Made by a program: the position numbers and the translations under genes. The notes below the pieces were generated by a model. It made no database searches. It saw nothing but the letters and a program-made list of their open reading frames with translations, and had not been told where the DNA came from. DNA of 35,872 bases from a virus (Duplodnaviria; Heunggongvirae; Uroviricota; Caudoviricetes), in IMG/VR virus record IMGVR_UViG_3300036790_000265, positions 64,001-99,872 of that record. One strand, given 5' to 3'. Positions 17,458 through 24,745 of this stretch are shown here, piece by piece (position 1 is the stretch's first letter; each line of letters begins with the position of its first letter).

Positions 17458-19380
17458 TCAGCGGTGGGTGCCCTTCGGGCCGAACGCGCGGCCCGCGGCC
17501 TCCTTCAGCTCGTCGTTGGTCGCCTTGGCGAGCGCCTCCGGGGTGGCCGCCTCGACGAGCTTGTCCGCGGCTTCCTGCGCGGACAGGCCCTTGCGCTGGA
17601 CACCGCCGCCCTCGGCTGCGGCCTGGCGCAGCGGGACGAGCTTCTTCTCGAGCAGCCGGGCCACGATCTGCTCGTCGGACTCGTCCACGGCCAGCCCTTC
17701 CTTGGCGGCGGCTTCGGCGACCCGCTGGTCAACCAGGGCCGCCAGGCGCGCCTCGCGCGCTTCCCTGGTCTCGGCGACGGGTGCGGTCTCGGCAGCCGGG
17801 GCCGCGGGAGCGGCTGGGGCGGCAGCGGCCGGGGCCGCGGCAGCCGGGGCGGTCTCCGTCGCCGGAGCGCCGGTACCCGCGTTGAAGGCTTCACGCGCGG
17901 CCTTCTTCGCCAGCTTCCTCGTCTCCTTCTCCAGGAGCCGCTTGTACAGCTCCGGGTCGACGCCAGCAGGGGTGCTTTCGGCTGCCGGGGTCGTCCCGGC
18001 CGCCGGGGTGTTGGTGGCTCCGCTCACGGCGGGTACCTCCTCCTGTGTTGCGGCAGCCGGGTCGGATGCCGGGTCTGTGCTGGTCTCGGTCACGTCGGGC
18101 TCGTCGTCGTCGGCCTCGTCCGGGGTGTCGTCGTCGGGGTCGCTGTTGGGGCCGACACCGGGGACATCGACATCACCGTCCATGTCCGGATCAAGCTGGG
18201 CGAGCGCATCCCCTGCGGCCTTGCCGGCCGCGAGGAGGATGACCCGCAGGTCAGCCGGGTCCATGCAGTACGAGGAGATGTAGATGGACACGGGGCCGTT
18301 GCTGGCGCTGATGCCCCACGACCCGGACCGCCGGGCGTCCTCACCTGGGGACATCCACTCGACGACCGACTCGCCGACCTGGCGGGCGGGTTCGAACGTC
18401 CAGCCGCGGCACTCGTTGGAGACCGAGACCCCGAACTTCGTGAGCGCCTTCCGGATCCGGCCCTTGATCCGCTTGAGCTGGTCACGGCTGTAAGGCTTCG
18501 CCTTGTCGGCCTGGTGGATGTACGACCAGGCCGCTTTGGCGTTGTCCTTGGTCGAGATGTCGTACCGCTGCTTGCCGTCTTCCTGGTAGCCCGGGTCAGC
18601 CCACTGCCGGCCCGCGCCAGACAAGCCCTTGCCGCGCTTGCCCATCGGCGCTGTCGCCTCGTCGGCGTCGGCGTCCAGGTCGCCGTCTGGCCAGCAGGTG
18701 ACACACAGGCCGTCTTCGAGCACATGCGAAGGCGGGTGCAGGATGCCTTCCAGGAGAGCCCGCACGTCAGCCGGTGCGGCTTCGGTGGTTTCCTCAGTGA
18801 TCACGGTTACCTGCGCCTCCTGCACGCTCTCGGTGATGGCGACCCGCTCTGTGGTCTCGGTCTGGCCTGGCCGTTTCACCCACGCGAAGGTGTCCACCCC
18901 TGCGCCGGGCACCCCCGGCGACTTGGTGTAATCGAGCCCGGCGAGTTCGAGCCCGTCAGCGGTGACGGCCTGCTTGCCATCGGGGCCTTTGACCTCACGG
19001 ACGGTGCCCTTGAAGAAACCGCGGATCGACACGCCCTTGAGGAACGGCTGCTGGCCATCGGTGGTGTCGAGCAGGGCGGCGATCGTCCGGCCAGCGTCGG
19101 TGTCGGCCAGGTCGGCGGTGAACCTGGCCGCCCCGTCCTCGGCCACGCTCATCGACGTCAGCCGGCCGACGATCTGGGTTGAGTCGTCTTCGGCGGCGTG
19201 GTGAGTGAGCTGGGACAGTGGGTATTGCCGGTCGGTGATGTCGATTCCCGCGCCTGAGCCGATCCGTTCCTGCGCGTCTTTGACCGCCGTGGCGATCATC
19301 TCGGCGGTGTACCAGCGGCGGTTCAGGGATACGCCTGGCCGCAGCGCGACCCCGCTGACGGTTGCGATGACTCCAGCCAC
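17458..19380 (-). CDS. Prohead protease-scaffold fusion (640 aa) with an internal DUF6582-like domain
   Basis: AAGGAGG RBS, GTG start. N-terminal protease-like fold (LTHHAAEDD...IVGRL...LKGVSIRG...LDYTKSPGV), central WADPGY...KRIKGRIRKALTKFGV domain, and an Ala/Glu-rich helical scaffold at the C-terminus. Confidence 0.82.
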   Translation of the reverse strand: MAGVIATVSGVALRPGVSLNRRWYTAEMIATAVKDAQERIGSGAGIDITDRQYPLSQLTHHAAEDDSTQIVGRLTSMSVAEDGAARFTADLADTDAGRTIAALLDTTDGQQPFLKGVSIRGFFKGTVREVKGPDGKQAVTADGLELAGLDYTKSPGVPGAGVDTFAWVKRPGQTETTERVAITESVQEAQVTVITEETTEAAPADVRALLEGILHPPSHVLEDGLCVTCWPDGDLDADADEATAPMGKRGKGLSGAGRQWADPGYQEDGKQRYDISTKDNAKAAWSYIHQADKAKPYSRDQLKRIKGRIRKALTKFGVSVSNECRGWTFEPARQVGESVVEWMSPGEDARRSGSWGISASNGPVSIYISSYCMDPADLRVILLAAGKAAGDALAQLDPDMDGDVDVPGVGPNSDPDDDTPDEADDDEPDVTETSTDPASDPAAATQEEVPAVSGATNTPAAGTTPAAESTPAGVDPELYKRLLEKETRKLAKKAAREAFNAGTGAPATETAPAAAAPAAAAPAAPAAPAAETAPVAETREAREARLAALVDQRVAEAAAKEGLAVDESDEQIVARLLEKKLVPLRQAAAEGGGVQRKGLSAQEAADKLVEAATPEALAKATNDELKEAAGRAFGPKGTHR

Positions 19381-19450
19381 GGCGCGCGCCTCCTTACGTG
19401 CGGCAGCGCGCCGCGGTCAGACGGACAGGGACGAGAGGGAGGCGGGCCGG

Positions 19451-19780
19451 CTAGTTGTAGCCGAGGGTGAACGCTGGGCCGGAGGCGACGTTGACGACGA
19501 CGATGCTGTTCGCGGCGGGCATCTGGATCGTGATCTGCGTGCCCACGGCGGCGCTGCCGAGGATCACGGCCAGCACGGTGCCGGACGCGCCATCGGTGAT
19601 GGTGGCGTTGTCGCCGCCGGTGCCCGCGGTGGTGACCAGCGCGTTGACCACGCGGCCGGGGGCGTTCTTGACGGTGTAGGTACCGGCGCCAGCGGCGATC
19701 GCGTAGGACGCCTCGGCGTAGATCGAGTTGCCGTGGTCGTCCAACTGAGCGAACCAGGTGACTGGGGAACGTTGCGGCAT
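19451..19780 (-). CDS. Small beta-rich protein (109 aa), possible capsid decoration
   Basis: GAGAGG RBS; Gly/Ala/Thr/Val-rich beta pattern; located in the head module. Confidence 0.7.
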   Translation of the reverse strand: MPQRSPVTWFAQLDDHGNSIYAEASYAIAAGAGTYTVKNAPGRVVNALVTTAGTGGDNATITDGASGTVLAVILGSAAVGTQITIQMPAANSIVVVNVASGPAFTLGYN

Positions 19781-19844
19781 GGCGGAGCCCCTCTCGTGGG
19801 CGTGGGGATGGCGAACAGGGACAGGCAGGAGGAAAGCGGGCGGC

Positions 19845-20276
19845 TTACCGGCCGTACAAGACGATCTGGGCGCCCGTGACCGTGCCGCCGGTCAGCGTCC
19901 ACGACACGCGACCCCAGTCAGGGAGAACGAGGTACGTGGACGCTGACCCGCCGTGCAGGCCACCCGCGGCGGACTTCGACCCGGCCCCGGTCAGGGCTGC
20001 GGTGGACAGGACCGCGGGGAACAGGTTGCCGAGGTTGTCGTAGACGTCGAGGTTCACCACCAGCGACGGGCTACCCGTGATCCCCGCGGCGGTGACGTAG
20101 AGGGCGACGTCGGGGATTTCCCGCAGGTCAACGTTCGTCTCGGCGTTGTTGCTGTTCGGCCAGCCTCCGGTGACGCCTTGCCAGCCGCCGGAGTTCCCAG
20201 CTTCGGTGAGGGTGTCGCCGATGTTGGTGGCCGCGAGGGACCAGACGATCTTGGAGCGTGGCTGTAGGTTGCCCAC
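19845..20276 (-). CDS. Small beta-rich protein (143 aa), possible virion structural protein
   Basis: AGGAGG RBS, GTG start; jelly-roll-like alternating pattern (WGRVSWTLTGG). Confidence 0.7.
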   Translation of the reverse strand: MGNLQPRSKIVWSLAATNIGDTLTEAGNSGGWQGVTGGWPNSNNAETNVDLREIPDVALYVTAAGITGSPSLVVNLDVYDNLGNLFPAVLSTAALTGAGSKSAAGGLHGGSASTYLVLPDWGRVSWTLTGGTVTGAQIVLYGR

Positions 20277-20289
20277 GGTGACCTCCTGG

Positions 20290-21777
20290 TCAGGCGACGG
20301 CTTTGAGGAACATGGAGAACGCGCTGAACGGGAGCGCCTTCATCGCTGCGGCGACAGCGCAGCGGCACAGCGGGTGAGCAGGCACAATCGGCTCAGCACC
20401 AGGCGCCAGGTCATGGGGGTTGTCTTCCTGCGCCTGCTCACAGAACGGGCACACCCGCCCGTCACCAGCGGTCATCACGTCGTACGCTTCGACACCTTCG
20501 GAGGCGTAAAGGGCGAGCGCGCCGGCGTTCGCCGACCCGGACATGGCGTAGTCGATCAGCGTTGTCACGGCGCGGATACTGTCGCCGCTGGTCAGCGCCT
20601 CGACAGCCGAGACCATCTCGTCGTAGGTGCCGCCGTTCGCTGCGAGCGAAGCCAGCGTGCGGCCAATGTCGGCGGCGTTGCCGGCGATCAGCGCCTCAAC
20701 CCACGGGTCGGCCATGCCGGGCAGGTCTTCCAGGTGGGTGAGGGGTTCGTACATGTGCGCGAACGCGGTGTCCCAGTCGAACCCTGTATGTCCCGCCTCG
20801 GCGGCAGCGACCGCGAGCGCACCGGTTTTCCCTTCGGCGGTGGCCGCGGCGATCGCGACCTCGATCGCGAGGGTCAGCTGTTCGTGTTCGGGGCTGTACC
20901 GGATCGCGGCCAGCATCCCGGCCGCGAGCATTTTCGCCTGGGCGCGGACCTCATCGGTCCAGGCGTCTTCGGTGAGCATGCCGGTGAGGCGGCGGAACGA
21001 CTTGACCATGCGGGGGACGCTGATGTGTTTCACCGCGGCCCGCCACGCGGTTTCGACCTTGGCGACGTGCTCACGGATCAGGTCGTCGCGGCGCTGATGC
21101 ACGCTGGCCCAGGTGCCGTCGATGTGGCCGACCTCGAGCAGTGCCTCCAGGACCCGCGGGTCATCGGAGTGTTCGAGCGCAGCGGTTACCGCCGTGGTGC
21201 ACCGCTGGTCGAGTTGGGGTGTGGCGGGCCCGCCGGATAGGGCGTAGCCGGTGAGGTATGCCTCGGCTGCGTCGTCGGCCAGGCCGCCGGTGAGCTCGTA
21301 GTCGCTGCGGTCGGTGCCGTGCACCGCGGAGATGCGGTCGAACACGAAGGTGATCGGGGCGATCCGCTGCACGGGGCTGGCTGTGTCTCGGTACAGGTAG
21401 ATCAGGGAGATGTGGGCGAGGTAGCCGTGTTCGGACGCCACGTGCAGGCCGTGTTCGGCGAGGGCGGCTTCGGCGTCGCGGCGGAGTTGGTCCAGGTCGG
21501 GTGAATCGACGAGGGCTACCACGATGTCGGCGTCTTCGCTGCCGGTAAGGCGGGCGTGGCCGGCGATCGTGGCGGTGATGGGCCCGCGGTCGGCCAGGGC
21601 CTCGGCGACGGCGTTGAGTGCGCTGATGTCGACGTGGTCGGCTTTGCCGGTGTAGGCGAGGGTGAGGTGCAGGTCGGCGGGGTTGAGGCCGTCGTCGATG
21701 GCGAGTGCCTTGGCCAGGGCGGGGGGCGGGTAGAGGGCGATCATGCTGTGCCCGCTGTGTTCTGGCTGGGCGCTCAT
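20290..21777 (-). CDS. 2H phosphoesterase (2'-5' RNA ligase/Acb1-like) fused to a MuF (Mu gpF/SPP1 gp7-like) minor head protein (495 aa)
   Basis: Two 2H motifs, DLHLTLAY and LAHISLIY, ~85 aa apart in the N-terminal 165 aa; C-terminal MuF Cys/His motif DGRVCPFC...PAHPLCRC. Confidence 0.8.
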   Translation of the reverse strand: MSAQPEHSGHSMIALYPPPALAKALAIDDGLNPADLHLTLAYTGKADHVDISALNAVAEALADRGPITATIAGHARLTGSEDADIVVALVDSPDLDQLRRDAEAALAEHGLHVASEHGYLAHISLIYLYRDTASPVQRIAPITFVFDRISAVHGTDRSDYELTGGLADDAAEAYLTGYALSGGPATPQLDQRCTTAVTAALEHSDDPRVLEALLEVGHIDGTWASVHQRRDDLIREHVAKVETAWRAAVKHISVPRMVKSFRRLTGMLTEDAWTDEVRAQAKMLAAGMLAAIRYSPEHEQLTLAIEVAIAAATAEGKTGALAVAAAEAGHTGFDWDTAFAHMYEPLTHLEDLPGMADPWVEALIAGNAADIGRTLASLAANGGTYDEMVSAVEALTSGDSIRAVTTLIDYAMSGSANAGALALYASEGVEAYDVMTAGDGRVCPFCEQAQEDNPHDLAPGAEPIVPAHPLCRCAVAAAMKALPFSAFSMFLKAVA

Positions 21778-21811
21778 GTCACCGCCTGGCCGTAGGTCCC
21801 GAATTGCCCGA

Positions 21812-21873
21812 GGTGTATATACGAAAACCTTGCGAGGTGTAAGTACACCCGAGTATGATGGTGTCTATACACC
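21812..21873. promoter_or_regulatory. Three 14-bp palindromic operator-like sites at exact 24-bp spacing
   Basis: GGTGTATATACGAA (21812), GGTGTAAGTACACC (21836), GGTGTCTATACACC (21860); consensus GGTGTA-NN-TACACC. Confidence 0.75.
21830..21859 (+). promoter_or_regulatory. Housekeeping-sigma-type promoter for the plus-strand cassette
   Basis: TTGCGA (21830-35), 18-nt spacer, TATGAT (21854-59) in an AT-rich island; AAGGAG RBS and ATG 21893 follow. Confidence 0.7.
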
Positions 21874-21892
21874 AGACAAGGAGCCGAAAGAC

Positions 21893-22147
21893 ATGGCCAT
21901 CGACCAGCCCCTCGCAGACCTCGACGAGCAGACCGCTTTCGACGGCATCACCACATGGTTCGCCGAAGCCCCCCGAGGCTCATTTGCGTGGGTGATCACC
22001 TGGTTCCCCACTACCGGCAACATCGCCGCATGGCAGGCCGGCACCAAGGGCCGCACAGGCTACCGGGCAACCGCAGCGGACCTCGGCACCGCACGTGCCG
22101 AAGCCCAGCGGATCGCGGACCTGATCGCAGCCGGAAAGAAGGCGTGA
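21893..22147 (+). CDS. Hypothetical protein (84 aa), first gene of the inverted cassette
   Basis: AAGGAG RBS, ATG 21893 (MAIDQPLADL...). Confidence 0.75.
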   Translation: MAIDQPLADLDEQTAFDGITTWFAEAPRGSFAWVITWFPTTGNIAAWQAGTKGRTGYRATAADLGTARAEAQRIADLIAAGKKA

Positions 22148-22665
22148 CGATGACCATCGCAGAAACCCTGATCACCACCGCACTCCAGCTCCGCTGCGTC
22201 TGGTGCGCCACCACACAGCCCGCCGCGGCAATGCAGCCGGTCAACGCGACCAGCACAGCGTCCCAGTGCCGCGACAGCGAAGCCTGCTACGAACGGTCCG
22301 CCGCCGCCATGGGCAACCTCGGCCACGACCAGGCCGCCCGGTGGCTGCCCGCGCCGTCCGCGACCGCGTACGCGATGCGGCTGCTGGACACGACCCAAGA
22401 CGCTGACGTTGCGGTGATCCCGATGGTGATGCCCGGTAAGGTCCCCGGCCGGTGGGCAACCGACCAGGAAGTCGAGACGGTGGCTGGGGCGGTGTTCCTG
22501 GCCACCGACCCCGACTCACCGGGATCGTGCCTGCTGCCAGGATTTGAGACGGCTCGCGATCTGGCGCTTGCGCTGGCCCGTGCGGCGCTCGGTGAGCGGC
22601 CCGGGATGATCGGGTGGGCGACGGTGGAGCGAGACGGGACGGTCAGTGCAACCGAGGAAGCATGA
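22144..22665 (+). CDS. Hypothetical protein (173 aa) with an N-terminal CxxC...Cx5C motif
   Basis: GTGA coupling to the upstream gene; RCVWC...QCRDSEAC. Confidence 0.7.
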   Translation: MTMTIAETLITTALQLRCVWCATTQPAAAMQPVNATSTASQCRDSEACYERSAAAMGNLGHDQAARWLPAPSATAYAMRLLDTTQDADVAVIPMVMPGKVPGRWATDQEVETVAGAVFLATDPDSPGSCLLPGFETARDLALALARAALGERPGMIGWATVERDGTVSATEEA

Positions 22666-22901
22666 TCGGACAGCCAGCCTTGACGCTGGCCGGCCGAAGC
22701 CCCGCAGGACCGAGGAAGGAAACGAGTAGCGATGGCAGGACGCGCATATCGGTCTCGACACCGATCGGGCCGTTCCGGGCCCGGATCAGTGCTCCGCTGA
22801 ACGGCCGGGGCAACGTGTGGGGATCGCTCGGAACGTGGATCGGCCGGGACTGGGTCAGCATCGGTCGGCCACTGACCCAGCGGGGACGGCGGTCCCGATG
22901 A
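22662..22901 (+). CDS. Small basic hypothetical protein (79 aa)
   Basis: ATGA overlaps at both ends. Confidence 0.6.
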   Translation: MIGQPALTLAGRSPAGPRKETSSDGRTRISVSTPIGPFRARISAPLNGRGNVWGSLGTWIGRDWVSIGRPLTQRGRRSR

Positions 22902-23137
22902 ACGCATACCGGGCCGTGGCCGGGCTGTGGGACACGATCAAGTGGGCGATCGCCCGCCGGACAGGCCTGTACCGGCTCGACGTCGCCGCGATGCGGCGGT
23001 CCGCGCGCCGGCTGGAAGAGGTCGCCACGCTCGCCCGTAGCGTCGGCCTCGACGATCGGGCGGCCGAAGCAGCTGCGTCAGCCGCTGGGCGCCGGGCGAC
23101 CGCTACAGCCATGATTCAGGCCGCGCGTCAACCGTGA
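22898..23137 (+). CDS. Small Ala/Arg-rich helical hypothetical protein (79 aa)
   Basis: ATGA overlap with the upstream gene. Confidence 0.6.
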   Translation: MNAYRAVAGLWDTIKWAIARRTGLYRLDVAAMRRSARRLEEVATLARSVGLDDRAAEAAASAAGRRATATAMIQAARQP

Positions 23138-23162
23138 CCGCTGTCCAGGCGTCTAAGGATGC

Positions 23163-23429
23163 GTGAAGAGACTCGCCGCAGCATTAGTCGTTCTCGCCGC
23201 CGCCGTTGCCCTGTCCGGGTGCGGTGGCGGTGGTCATCTCACCGCGACCCAGCAGTGCACCGCCGACTATCAGGTGCTTGTCACAGACGGCCTGTACGGT
23301 GATTCACCAGCTGAGGTCCGGGCGGATGGCACTTCCGCGCAGGTGCAGGCGTACGACACCGCGATGCGGGTGTGTGATTCGCTTACTCCTGCTCAGGCGA
23401 AACAGGCCGCCCTGGCTGTGCATCCGTAG
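23163..23429 (+). CDS. Small lipoprotein (88 aa)
   Basis: AAGGA RBS, GTG start; basic N-terminus, hydrophobic stretch and lipobox LSG-C; two further Cys. Confidence 0.75.
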   Translation: MKRLAAALVVLAAAVALSGCGGGGHLTATQQCTADYQVLVTDGLYGDSPAEVRADGTSAQVQAYDTAMRVCDSLTPAQAKQAALAVHP

Positions 23430-23437
23430 GTTTGCAG

Positions 23438-23508
23438 CTCCCCGCCGTGGATTCGAATCACGACAACCGGCACCAGAAACCGGGGCCCTGCCGTTAGGTG
23501 AACGGGGG
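23438..23508 (-). tRNA. tRNA-Gln(CTG)-like gene, probably degenerate
   Basis: Cloverleaf: acceptor CCCCCGT/GCGGGGA, D-loop TAACGGCA, anticodon stem CCGGT/GCCGG with loop TT-CTG-GT, T-loop TTCGAAT. Mismatches at 1:72, 10:25 and 53:61; no encoded CCA. Confidence 0.7.
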
Positions 23509-23513
23509 ATCGG

Positions 23514-23603
23514 CAGAGAGGCGCACCCGGTGGCTGGCACGGCTCGGCTTCACCGACCGGACGCAGGTCAAAGCCGTAGAAGGCCCTGCTGTGCGCCTCT
23601 CTG
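23514..23603 (-). ncRNA. Candidate structured RNA (three-way junction with possible kissing loops)
   Basis: Perfect 13-bp closing stem CAGAGAGGCGCAC/GTGCGCCTCTCTG, two internal 5-bp stems and complementary loop hexamers; non-coding gap 5 nt upstream of the tRNA. Strand is inferred from the neighbours. Confidence 0.45.
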
Positions 23604-23607
23604 GCTA

Positions 23608-23724
23608 TTACGAGACGTCCCGCTCAGGCTCGGACGTCTTGTCGTCGGGGTGGGTGCAAGCGCAGTCGACGACCTCACAGCCGTCACAATCACCGGCCAG
23701 GCAAGCCCGGCAGAACCAGATCAC
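23608..23724 (-). CDS. Tiny Cys-rich peptide (38 aa)
   Basis: GTG overlapping the upstream stop (GTGA); IWFCRACLAGDCDGCEVVDCACTHP. Confidence 0.5.
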   Translation of the reverse strand: MIWFCRACLAGDCDGCEVVDCACTHPDDKTSEPERDVS

Positions 23725-24221
23725 AGGTCGCCTTCCACGTGCGGCGGCTCGCGCTGGTCGAGCTCGTAATCGACGCCGGACTTGATCGTGATCCTGGACA
23801 TCGGACTGATCGGTCGTTCCGTGCTGGTGCCGTCGCTGAACTCGACCCGCAGCACAGTCCGGACCGGCACCCTCGGGCCAATCCGGCGAAGCTGCCGGCC
23901 GAACGCGGCGGCGAACACGCCGAGGAGGGCGAGGCCACCGACCACGAGAGCGCCGTTGAACGCGTCGTTGGCTGCTGCGACCGTGGCCTGCCAATGGGAG
24001 CGGCCCCATGGCGTCCAGGCGACGGCCACACTGGCCGCGACCATGGCCCAGGCGATGGCGACGGACAGCCACAGCGCCCTCGGCAGCGGTGTCGTCTCGC
24101 GGGGTGGCCGCTCGGCGAACAGCCAGTGCAGCGCGCCATGCAGGTGGCGGCGGTCGAACTCGGCCAGGTTCGCCGCGGCCCACGCGCAGGTGTGAACGAT
24201 GGCGAGGGTTCGGCGGTTCAT
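23721..24221 (-). CDS. Membrane protein, ~2 TM helices (166 aa)
   Basis: TGATG coupling to the upstream gene; hydrophobic segments LWLSVAIAWAMVAASVAVAW and ALVVGGLALLGVFAAAF. Confidence 0.65.
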   Translation of the reverse strand: MNRRTLAIVHTCAWAAANLAEFDRRHLHGALHWLFAERPPRETTPLPRALWLSVAIAWAMVAASVAVAWTPWGRSHWQATVAAANDAFNGALVVGGLALLGVFAAAFGRQLRRIGPRVPVRTVLRVEFSDGTSTERPISPMSRITIKSGVDYELDQREPPHVEGDL

Positions 24222-24745
24222 CAGGCGGGCTTAGCCACGACCACAGGCTTATCGGCCAGGCGGATTTCCTCGGGGAGATGACTGCCATAGTCCGGCTGCA
24301 AAGTTCTCGTGACCACATACCTGTGCTCGGTACCGTCCGCGAACTTGAAGTCCACCTGGCAGGCCATCCCGTCAAGCGACCCGCGATGGATGCGGATTTG
24401 CCTAGCGGTGGTCGGCTGCTCGGCCTCTGCGGACTTCCGCTCGATGCTGAGCACGTCGCTGGCCTTGACCGCTGTCACCATCACGTGGTCCTGGTCTACG
24501 AAAACCGTGAAGCCGGGCAGATCATCGTCGGTGGTCCAGCCGTTGGCGGTGAACTCCTGCGGCGAACGGCCCGGGTCGATGAATGTGACGCGGTAGTGGT
24601 GGCTCTTGGACGGCATGTGGGCGTTCATGGTTCCCTCGGTCGGGGTGGCGTCTTCACAGGGCCAGTAGCAGCCGCCAGCGGCAAGCGGCCTGGGGGTCAA
24701 GCTCTCGACCATCACGTCAGCGAGCGTCCGATACCGCACGTTCAC
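24221..24745 (-). CDS. Hypothetical protein (alternative start ATG 24628)
   Basis: GTGA-coupled start at 24745, or GAGGGA RBS with ATG 24628; two small beta domains. Confidence 0.65.
   Translation of the reverse strand: MNVRYRTLADVMVESLTPRPLAAGGCYWPCEDATPTEGTMNAHMPSKSHHYRVTFIDPGRSPQEFTANGWTTDDDLPGFTVFVDQDHVMVTAVKASDVLSIERKSAEAEQPTTARQIRIHRGSLDGMACQVDFKFADGTEHRYVVTRTLQPDYGSHLPEEIRLADKPVVVAKPA

Noticed and set aside
773-21240. Many long plus-strand ORFs in the track (e.g. 885..2063, 8386..9690, 11467..12858, 13832..15127, 15834..17885, 17167..19182, 20146..21240)
   Set aside because: They are antisense shadows of well-supported minus-strand structural genes, expected at this GC content, with no RBS or recognisable domains.
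23514-23603. Identification of the structured element as a ZTP riboswitch, hammerhead ribozyme or second tRNA
   Set aside because: It contains CCACCGGG but lacks the other ZTP core, has no CUGAUGA/GAAA core and no TTCGA T-loop; kept only as an unassigned candidate.
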